In this document: positions 1-9,771 of the stretch, one piece after another
How positions within the stretch are numbered: the first letter of the stretch is position 1
Layout: the number at the start of each line of letters is the position of its first letter
Assembly (NCBI RefSeq): GCF_006345805.1
Contig: NW_021833061.1
Coordinates: forward strand, 62,001-126,000
Direction: 5' to 3'
Length of the DNA: 64,000 nt
Origin: Octopus sinensis
Lineage: Eukaryota
Notes under the pieces: generated by a model
What the model was told of the DNA's origin: nothing
Databases searched by the model: none
Seen by the model: only the letters and a program-made list of their open reading frames with translations
Position numbers and translations under genes: made by a program

Positions 1-243
1 GATTTTCAAGTCCCTCACCATCAGATTGTCTTTATAATATATGGATGTCCCAGTGCCAGCCACTGCGTCAGGTCGCCATGGGATATCAATCGACTGAAAA
101 CCATGGATTTTATGATGCTGATTTCCCTTAAGCTTCGTTTCATTAACAACCAATATGTCCATGTTTACCGAGCTAACCAAGTAGGTTAGCTCCGTAGCCC
201 GTTTCCGAATTGACCGGGCGTTGATAAGCGTAAAAACGCTCAT
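1..243 (-). CDS. LINE ORF2 N-terminus (APE endonuclease), partial
   Basis: Reverse strand from ATG at 243 reads MSVFTLINARSIRKRATELTYLVSSVNMDILVVNETKLKG. Confidence 0.85.
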   Translation of the reverse strand, partial: MSVFTLINARSIRKRATELTYLVSSVNMDILVVNETKLKGNQHHKIHGFQSIDIPWRPDAVAGTGTSIYYKDNLMVRDLKI

Positions 244-1621
244 CTCGTCAAGTTTTGGTGACTGTCCTCCATAACGAGCGCCACCAGTTCCAGTAAATTT
301 TTAAACGTTTTTTTAGTCGTCGTTTTCGATTTAAGATGGAGGTCCTCCAGTTTTGCTTTTAAATGTTCAATTGCATTTGTCTTTTCATCTGCCACCTGTA
401 TGTTGCATGGTGGTTGTCCCGGGTTTGATTTGGAAGTGTCCCCGAGTTTCATGCCTTTTTTGGGTTGAGTCATATATTCGGTTGTGTTTACGCCTTGTTC
501 CAACTTTAATTTTGGTTTTTGCGTAGATATAGTGGGTGTCGCAGTTTTCAAAGTGTTTGACATGGATTCAGAGATATCGTCAGTCTGAACCTCAGCATCC
601 ACGAATTTTGTACTTTTATTAAAGTTCCATCCTTTCCAGGTATTTTGTACTTTCACGTTTCCTGTTTCAGTTTTGATCGTTTTTCCTTGTATTTTCATTG
701 CGGGAGATGTATCAAATTTCAGTTTAGTAGACTGATCTGTAGTTTTCCGAGGTAATCTCTTTTAAGAAGCTCCTTGACAACAGGACATCCTCCATAGTTG
801 GCCATGTGTGTTGAGGATCCACAGTTTATGCACTTGGTAGGGTAGTTTCCAGTCAGAGGACATTCCGAACGGGTATGTGGGCCCTCACAAATGAGACATC
901 TCACTTTTTCTTTACAGAACCGTGAGATATGTCCGAAACGCTGGCAGCGGAAACATTGCGTGTCTGGTTGCTTGTACCAACTACAGAAAATTTCGCGGAA
1001 ACCAATTTTCAACCCCATTCGTATGAGAGAGGCTGCTTCACCCCTAGAGGGGATGGTCACTTTAGCCAGAGGAAGTGGACTTCCATTTCGGAAAAATCTC
1101 TCAACCAAAAACCCCGGAGAGATTAGTTTACCCAGATACTTTACAAGTTCCTCGGTTCCAACCCAGTTCGGGAGGTTCCTAAGCATTATCGCGGACGCAC
1201 GTGGCTTTGCCTCCTCGATTTTGTGGCCATTTGGTCCAAAGGGCTGGGTATACTTACAGTAGTCAACAAAGGCCGAAAGATCCTCTTTACTTTTGAAATC
1301 CAAAACGTAGTCGCCCGAGTGACGACGTGTCACTCGAGCCTTACAAGCGATTTCACAACCACAAAGTGTGTTTGCTATCTCAATAGAATCGAGCTCTGAG
1401 TTGTGTATTGATAGTACAATACTCAGGCATACAGATGGCACGGAGGCCGGGATAGATGGCACGGAGGCCGGGATAGATGGCACGGAGGCCGAGATAGATG
1501 GTACAGAGGTCGAGATAGAAGGCACAGAGGCCGAAATAGAGCGCACAGAAGCCGAGATTGATGGCACAGAAGCCTGGATATTCGGGGATTTAAAATTCTT
1601 CTTGGATTTTGAATAATTCAT
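240..1621 (-). CDS. LINE ORF1 gag-like nucleic-acid-binding protein, split by a frameshift near 700-720
   Basis: CFRCQRFGHISRFC, CLICEGPHTRSEC and CINCGSSTHMANYGGC knuckles, preceded by an RRM-like region. Likely start is MNYSK at 1621. ORF 240..698 follows in another frame. Confidence 0.8.
1431..1575. repeat. 21-nt coding tandem repeat, about 7 degenerate copies, encoding (SVPSISA)n in LINE ORF1
   Basis: Unit gatagatggcacggaggccgg is directly visible. Confidence 0.9.
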
Positions 1622-1698
1622 TGTGAAAATTGTTATTAGTATTTTTCTTTTATTTTGCTCACAAGAACACCACGTCACAAACACCACGTGAATTATAT

Positions 1699-1905
1699 TC
1701 ATATGCTTATCTTACAGATTAAGCCATGCAAGTGTAAGTTCATGCTCTCTAATGAGCGAAACCGCGAACGGCTCATTAAATCGGACAAACTTACTTGATA
1801 ATCTCACACGACGGTGGATAACTGTTGTAAATCTAGAGCTAATACATGCGTATAGCTTCTCGAAGCGCAATTATTAGAATTAGTTGACTCTGGATAAACT
1901 TCGAT
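1699..1905 (+). rRNA. Isolated 5' fragment of an 18S rRNA gene (non-functional copy, lacking the first ~23 nt)
   Basis: Universal 18S motifs TCATATGCTT..GATTAAGCCATGCA, GAAACCGCGAACGGCTCATTAAATC, GGATAACTGT..TCTAGAGCTAATACATGC and TGACTCTGGATAA; similarity is lost after ~1905. Confidence 0.9.
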
Positions 1906-2281
1906 AGAATAATGACTGCTTTATTAGCAAATAAATGAAATACTTACTAATGTTCTATCAGGGTCTTCCAAATATAATATGAACACGCGCTCTTTGGCTG
2001 ATTTTAGGGCATGTTAATGTCCGCAGGGAGAGGAGATATACTAAAGTATTGTCAATATTCTTTGGCTGGTATTAGTATGTATACTATACATACTATACAT
2101 TGTATAGTACTCTCTAAATGTACACTAACAGTTGGATGCATTTCATAGCTTCATTATAAGAATGAATATAATTGTAATTTTATGAGAAATATGTTATATA
2201 TTAATATTTTAGATTAAAAAAAGATTATGTAAAATAAATAGTATAATCTTATTACTTGTGCGTTCTGTTTATTATAATAGA

Positions 2282-2843
2282 ATGGGTGCATCCAGAGTAA
2301 AAGTGGTGGTTGTGGGTGACGGAGCCTGTGGCAAAACAAGTCTACTCTTATCCTTCACTAAAAACGAATTCAATCAAGGCTACATCCCCACAGTATTCGA
2401 GAACGACGTGGCAGATATAAAAGTGGATGGGAAGGATGTGAACCTGTCACTGTGGGACACAGCTGGTCAGGAGGACTACGATCGACTACGCCCCCTGTCA
2501 TATTCTGACTCGAATGTGATTCTCCTGACTTTCTCAGCTGACTCCCAGACTTCCTATGACAATGTGGTAAACAAGTGGATTGCAGAGGTTGAGGGGTTGT
2601 GTGTTAGCATAGTTAACTCATTTTTGTCCCAACGTCCCCATCGTCCTTGTCTGCACCAAAGTCGACCTCCGTAATGACTCTTCCGTTTCGAAGGAGGACG
2701 GCGAACAGTTGTCCAAGAAAATACATGCCTTCAGTTACCGAGAATGTTCGGCCAAAACATCTGACGGGATTAAACAAGTCTTTTTGGATGCAGCCCGTGC
2801 TGGCCTGACGAAGAAGCAGAGCAAGTCTTGTTTTATTCTTTGA
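2282..2843 (+). CDS. RHO: Rho-family small GTPase (RhoA-like); 2 exons with a 25-nt intron at 2588-2612
   Basis: [37 protein letters not shown] and ECSAK motifs; C-terminal CaaX CFIL*. Confidence 0.95.
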
Positions 2844-3029
2844 ACTGTTTAATTCATTTCTTTCCTTTTTAATCAACTTTCTAGTGACTTTATCCTAGCA
2901 GAGCAGGTATATTATACAGTTGACTAGATAGCGTTATTCAATAGTCGAAAATTACTCCAAGAATCTTCTGGGTATGCATATATGGAATAGGACTTCACCA
3001 CAACAAAGGAACGTCTCTAATACTTAAAA

Positions 3030-3450
3030 AATACTTTATTGACCAAAGGACCAGGGTAAGCCAGTTAATTATAATCCCCGTGATCCCCGATTCAAGCGAG
3101 GGAGATCCTCCTGTAAGGTTCGATCCTGTCCTCAATGATCGGACTAAGACAACGATGTCCCAGGGTCAGAGTTCTAGAAGTCCTTTTTCGGTGCATTAAG
3201 TGCCTCCTGAGTGTTTCCATATCCGATTGGAAGTTTTAACTGACATGGTGGACCCCATAACGCCACGCTAAGACCGGAAGGAAGGTGAGAGATCTTTTCA
3301 ACTGTGTCGTGCCAGAAGTACTCATTGCTTCACGGGCAGGGGAACGATAACGAGAATTGACCCCGGCTGGAAAATAGCCTCCTTCGGATACGAACCCACG
3401 ACTGTTCAGATCCATTATCCATAGCTTAAGTTTCAGCGAATAAATAGCTC
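3030..3450 (-). mobile_element. tRNA-derived SINE, diverged copy
   Basis: B-box-like GGGTTCGTATCC head; collinear similarity to 32266-32689. Confidence 0.75.
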
Positions 3451-3573
3451 GAGTTCTTATGAATTAATGTCTTATATTGCTTTTAATATGAAATAGAATC
3501 ACATCTCCGAAAAATGCATTTGATACGTATAAGTGCCATTAACTACCACTTCGAAAATAACTAGACAATGCAG

Positions 3574-6500
3574 TTATTTTGAACTGCCGGCGCATAAGAT
3601 GGCCTGGCAGTTCCCTCGGACGATCGCCAACGAGACTCTTTGGAAAAGATGACGAGTCTCGTTGGGATCCTTGTTTCGTCTGGCAATCTTCGACTCCAGC
3701 CGACGAAGGAAAGAAAGCGATTCTGGGCCGATGACCCCGGATGTCTCCACGGCTACTGGCGCAAAAATGTGGTTTCTGGCCAGGTACGAGTATTTTCTTG
3801 TTTTTGTGACCTCCGCATGTCTTGCCGCTGAGCCGGGCTCAGCAACTGAAGAGATCAGGTTATGCGGGGAGAATGTGTCGGAGCATGTCGCATCCCAGAT
3901 GAGGCATTTCCCGTGATCGAAGGGAAATGTTGTCATGCCATCTGGGCGCTTTCCATCTCCGCGATCCAACCCGACTGGTTCCAGCACATTAGGGAATCCC
4001 GCAGATGCCAGGGCGCGGCTCACCACATCATTAAGCCCAGAGTGTCGAGGGAAACGTCCAGCGCTACGCCGGCAGGATAGCGGGTGCAGTCCTAGGGTGT
4101 CAATCATCTGGCCGCAGCGGCATTGATGTTCACGGCAGATGTTTAATCCCAAGCGCAGAGAGACTGCGATGCGGAGGCATTCGTTATCCAGTAATGTCCC
4201 GACTGATACCATTGGGATAGCTGTCAGCCAGGCTCCCGAATACTCTTGGGACCCAGCAAGCAGGCAGCTCAGGCGGTTTTGATCAAGTTTACACTTGAGG
4301 AGGAAAAACTTGTGGTCCGAATAAATTCCGTCCCACTGCCGCTGTTTGGTCGAATCATCAGGAACTTTGAGACCATTAGCGGACCAGCATCTGACAGCCG
4401 AAGAGAACTCAGTGTCCACGGGGGATTCAATAGCGGATTGGAGAATCTCGTGGACCGGAGAGCTGGTGGCGTGAACAGAGGAAAGAAATCCTGGCAGGGA
4501 AAGATCGGCGGCAGAGCGCACACCGATGCCACCGTGGCTAACCGGGAGGATTGCCTGCTCCCAGCCGAGGTCATCAAACGGGGCATTACAAAATGCTTCG
4601 AGGCATGCCCTGAGGGCACGGTCGAAGCTGAAGAGGCCCACGTGATTTGTAAAACAGGGGGCACTTCGGAGGGTGAACATTAACTTGGGGATCGCAAAGC
4701 AATTTCTCAATAGAAATAAAGCCGCATGGGAATCAATTGTCGTGAGCTTACTGGACATAGATATGAGATTCGAGGTTTTTTCGGACAGAGTTTGATCCAC
4801 TCCAGTGTTGAATATGGGGGAGCCCAAAATCTTGAGATTCGATGGCGTGGTGACTTGAATGTTCGATAAAAACGAGTTGAAGGAACGAAGAATATCGGAA
4901 AAATGGTGCGGGTCGTAACTGATGTTTATGATTTCAGATTTATTGGAATTGACTTCGAGACCAATGGCGTGCAATGAAGGGATTATGATTCTCAGGTCAT
5001 CAAGAACGGATTCAGATGTACCACCTATGGTGGCGTCGTCCAAGTACCAAACGTTGAATTTGGATGATACATTCCTGGCAACGTTATCCATAGCCAGAGC
5101 GAAAAGGAGAGGGCCCAAAGGGTCATCTTGCTGTACTCCATTACTGGACGGGATTTTCTGATTACCAGCGACAAGGAGGCTGGGCTGGCCGTAGGCCAAC
5201 GCGATGAGACGGGAGATTGCTGGACAGCGACGGGTAGCGGATTCGAAAAAAGTGTCACGACGCACACAGTTGAAAGCATTAGCCAAGTCTATCTTGATAA
5301 GAAGACAAGGCTTGTCTTGACGATCTTGAGAGGCAATCACAAACTTTCTCGTGGCGTGGACTGCTGCTTCGCAGCCACCCCGAACTCCTACGCCGAGTTG
5401 TATTGGGCGTAATTCGGACCCCAGCAATTTGATGGCTTGTCTGCAAGCTACCTTCGACGCCAGACGGCGGAAGAGGCAACCCACGGCGATGGGACGGACA
5501 CCGCCTTCCTTTTTCCTCAGGGCAGTGAGATTAGCGGCAAAAAATAGGTCGCGGGCATACTCGGAGATTTCTCCGTTCAAAATTCGGTTCGTAAGAGCCG
5601 TTAGGGACGATAGGAGGCGCTGACCGGCTTCACAAGTTTGGGGAGAGAGCATGTCTTTGACGTGTCCGGGCCGGAGGCCGTCTATACCGCCACAGCTACC
5701 AGTTGAAAGAGAATTAATGGCATCGAGGACTTTCTCATCTGAGGCATGTGAGATTGGAAGGTCAGAATGGGTGATAAGGGGCCGTTGGTCGTCTGGAGGA
5801 TTGGGGTGCTTTGCTTTTAGTTCTGTAAGGATTTGGGGAGTTATTTCGAGGGCCTTGGAATCAGATGCCAGTACTCGCACAGCGCCGGCAACGTTTCCTT
5901 CTAGTAGTTGGGCGTTTACACGTTCACGTAGACGTATGGCGTCACGGTTAATAGCCTCGTCGTTTTGTGGGACGCGGGGCTGGTGCGTCTGGTTCTTCCG
6001 TTGGGCCTTCCCTGTGGCACCTAGCCAACTAGAGAAATCCGAGGGACACGGCATGTAGGCCAATATGTTAGCCTTAAATCGCGACGAAGTAGAAATGGGA
6101 TGGATGTTATGGCCTCTGGACTGTTTATGGGTGCCTTCTTTAGGGAGACCGAGAGCCATTATGCCAAAACAGAAAAAATGGTTCCAGCTGGATGGGTCGT
6201 TAAAAGAAAGCGCTTTGTTGATAACGGATGATAAAGACTCGGCCGAGAGAATGCGCGCAGCCTTAGGTATTTTGACTGGGATAGTACGGACCCTTTTGGC
6301 TCGGGAAACCGACAAGAGGAAATCTTTCACTGATAGGATGGGTGTAATTGGTTGGGAATTATTGGAATCGGAAAGAATTTTGGAAGATACCGGCCGCGAA
6401 CCGCGGGCAAGAGGGTGGCATGAGGGGCAGGTCCATTTGGACAAGGTTGAAGCAGCCAATTTAGAGATTCCAGCACAGGAAAGATGAAAGAAGCTTTTGC

Positions 6501-6588
6501 AGGAGGAACACAGGCAGCCGTTCTTCCTCAGGTTGCTTAAGTTGCACGAAGAGCATAGGAGAGACTTTTTAGAGAAAGGTAGTACCAT
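3574..6588 (-). mobile_element. CRE-clade non-LTR retrotransposon with an intact 1004-aa ORF (PHD finger, RT, restriction-like endonuclease)
   Basis: N-terminal C4HC3 finger; RT motifs RPIAVG, DLANAFN, GVQQDDPLGP, YLDD; RLE region CRCG..HPLSC, RH..LND, RPDG, WDATC, K..KY, QRVSLAIVRGN. Confidence 0.93.
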
Positions 6589-6750
6589 GTGGATATGCTA
6601 AATTGAGGCAATGTAAAAAAGATGGATATAGTAAATAGAGACAATGAAAGAAAAAGACAATAAGAGAAGGATATAAGAGATAGATGTAATAGATTGGGAC
6701 AATGTAATAAAATGGATATAAGAGAGAATTAGTAAATTGAGACTATAATG

Positions 6751-7612
6751 CAGTGGTTCTCAACCTTTTTTGTCCGCGGACCCCTTGTGAGTAAATGAAA
6801 AATTTCGCGGACCCCCTACATATTTATTAAGTTTTTTGTCAAAAAAATTTTACTTATCTAAAAACAAAATTTATTATTAAATCAATAGAGAAAATTAGTG
6901 AGGTACTATGTCTTTACAACAAGGAAGAATCAGTTTTTCGGCAATATTATGAGGTTTCTTTTCTTTCGCTATACGTAATGAAATCATGTAAGATGCTAAT
7001 AGCATGGAATTATCAGAAGGCAAAGTTTGTATGAAACGAGTCAATACTTGATTTTTCATCATTTTACGCAAAGAAATAAAATAATCCTTATTTTTGTGGA
7101 TTAGATGGGGATGACATGTGCGCAAGTGTCTCACAAGAGTTGTTGGTTTCATGCTATTGTGTGACAGAATTTTCATGCACACAACACATTTTGGGCTTTC
7201 AAATCCATCTTTATCAATACAAATAAACCCATATTTTATATAATCAGGATTATATTTGCGTATCTTAATAACATTCGAGGAATTCATATCAATAGCGTGC
7301 TTAAAAATTTTATTAACTTTTACTAAAAAATAAATATATATACGATTTTTATAAATAATTGAGTTACATTCAGCTTTAAAGTAATTTAGCCTCCTCAGTA
7401 TTATTGAATATTAAAATATATTAATTTATTTAGCCCCCTCAGTATTATTGAATATTAAAATATATTAATTTATAATATATCTAAAAGAGATATTATTAAT
7501 TATGATTTAATTCTATTATATATTAATTTAAAATTGTTATCATTAAATAGAAACATTTAAATAAAGTTTCAGAAAAATCTCGCGGACCCCCTGGAATCTT
7601 TCGCGGACCCCA
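6751..7612 (-). mobile_element. Defective hAT (Buster/Charlie-type) transposon with a BED zinc-finger transposase N-terminus (ORF 6895-7287)
   Basis: Terminus CAGTGGTTCTCAACC and subterminal CGCGGACCCC motifs at both ends; RKY..DYIKYGF..PKCVVC..L...SMKP..L.RHL..H; the distal terminal repeat is missing. Confidence 0.85.
7385..7470. repeat. About 44-bp tandem duplication inside the hAT remnant
   Basis: tttagcc(t/c)cctcagtattattgaatattaaaatatattaattta occurs twice. Confidence 0.85.
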
Positions 7613-8097
7613 GAATTTATTAAAAAACATTGAAAACGAGCATGATGTCTTACTAATCTCATCTATAAGACGTTACAAAGAAAATATACTTATATCTAAA
7701 AAAAACAAATGGGAATTGAATTTTACTTAAAAAAATTGAGATTTTTTTTTATTTTCTTTAAATTTAAAAAAATTATGCTAACTGAAGATAAATTAAAGTA
7801 GTTTCTATGTAAAATTATCGATTTGATTCTCTAATTGGCCATTTCTCAAATTGGCCAACAAAATTGAAGGAACCAAAAATGGCCAGTTTGAGAGGGTTGA
7901 GTGTACGTCTGAATTGCGAGATTCAAGCGATTTGGTGAATCACGTTAGTTAAAACCGAGTATCTAATTACAATTAATTCCCAAATGAAATAAAAACTACA
8001 GAACAAATAAAATCTCATTCAAATCGTTTTAGTCTGACTTAAACATATCGTGCCTGATCTCAAACAGTAAACTAAACATATCAAGACATAATATTTG

Positions 8098-8860
8098 TCA
8101 GGCTCGCCATCCACGTTCAGCAGCTTCACAAACCCGATCACACACAGTGGCAGCAGAAAGAGGGAATTCACTAATAGAGATAACACGGTGACAGAGTGAA
8201 TGAGAAATCTCGAAACTGAGAGCGAACAAAATACAGTGCCATGTGCCATTGCTCCAATAAGAACTGCGAGGGGCTGACAAGTCCTGATGGATGTCAGAAG
8301 AGGGGAGAGGTCTGCGTGCAGTTCAGTCGAGTGTACTGATAGGCCGAGAATATAACAATTGGTAGGAAGGTGATCAGTCACTGGATTGCGGATTGCCTGA
8401 ACATGTCAGACAGATTTACCTTCATTAACTTGCGACCTGAGCCATTCGCCCGAACACTCAGCTTTGAAAGGAGTTGTACTTAACTAAATTGAGAATTGAG
8501 CACCCATTAGTCCAGCAAAGCGAACGAATGTGCGAGGAATACGCATTTGAGGGTCTACTTTGATGAGAACATTGCTCGATGTCATTACATACACTTCCAG
8601 ACGACCTGCCTTGTTGAGGGGACTATCCAACAACATCATAAGACACTATAAATAAAGAAATCAGCCAACTTGGTGGCATATATCTGGTCGGATTTGTAAT
8701 TTATTCAGTTTCTTCTTTTCGATTAACTTGTGCTTGTCTGCGTTGAGTAGTTCTTGGTCCTTCCCTTTCTATTTTGCATCACCAATGTCCGTACTTTAGT
8801 CAGGATTAAACTGGCTCCTTCCAATATCACTGTTAGCTTATTATCCGCAGAATCCGCCAT
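8098..8860 (-). CDS. EMG1: 18S rRNA pseudouridine N1-methyltransferase EMG1/NEP1; 6 exons, introns of 23-26 nt
   Basis: Spliced product has [45 protein letters not shown] and [10 protein letters not shown]. Confidence 0.93.
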
Positions 8861-8884
8861 TCTTTAAATACAAAAACGAAAACA

Positions 8885-8890
8885 CACGTG
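8885..8890. promoter_or_regulatory. CACGTG E-box about 25 nt upstream of the EMG1 ATG
   Basis: Exact palindrome in the short AT-rich upstream region. Confidence 0.55.
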
Positions 8891-9771
8891 TTGAGTTTGT
8901 TTATTTTATTTAAATAATTTTGCTATATTAAAAGAGTTACAGTTAAAGATCAAACAAAATTCTTTCAAATTCCAGTTCAGAGCAAACAGAAAGACAAGTC
9001 CTTATTATTGCTCAATGTCCTTATGGCTATCTATCTCGATCTACCCTAGTATAACTGTGTGAACTGGGATCACTTTTTAAGTCAAATAATTTGTTTAAAA
9101 CTGTCTACGTCAGTAGTTGATTGATTCGGAAATCCCACTGGTGGTGAACTTGCGAAATTAATGAATACTTTTGACAGTCTGCTTTCTCGTAGACTACACC
9201 AGCTCAGAATAGCCACCTGTAGACTCGTCTTATTCTCGATTTCTAGCGTTCCTGTTCTGCTGGAAACGAATTCGATAAGAATCCCTGTCTGATGCAGTCT
9301 AGTTTGTCGATCACAACCCCAAATATACAAAAGCTACCCAAAATTAGACAGTTGATTCAAAAATATACTAATCTATTGTTATTGAGTTAATTGTGCATTG
9401 ATTTTTGTTTATAATGACCACGGCCCTTCATTCTCATCGCCACATGCTTCAATGCGTTGATTAGTAATCACTCCAATAGTGAATGAGTGCACAGTGAGTG
9501 TTTTTATTGTTTATTCAGACTAGCCGGACAGAATATGATCAGACATGAATCCTATTTGTAACGAATAATTTGATTTATTTGGTTTATCATTAAATAATAA
9601 CTGAAATTCCTAAAATTCCTTTAAACCGCACATTCAGATCAAGTTCCAGTGCCTATTATACTTTCATTGATTGATGTGACTGAAACAGTCTCGTAACCAC
9701 GACAATCTTATTGCGCATTGCCGCTCTAAGATCATTACAAATGTTCAAAAATTCGCCATTCACGTTTAAAT

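Larger units (their letters stand above)
1..1698 (-). mobile_element. Two-ORF APE-type non-LTR retrotransposon (Jockey/I/R1 superfamily), 5' part; continues beyond the window start
   Basis: Gag-like ORF1 with three CCHC knuckles, followed by an ORF2 start with an APE N-terminus (INARSI..ELTYL..DILVVNETKL). Confidence 0.9.

Noticed and set aside
1431-1575. CRISPR-like array
   Set aside because: The units are contiguous and in-frame with no unique spacers or cas genes, and the context is eukaryotic.
1699-1905. Functional rDNA unit
   Set aside because: Only about 200 nt of 18S is present; there is no remainder, ITS, 5.8S or 28S.
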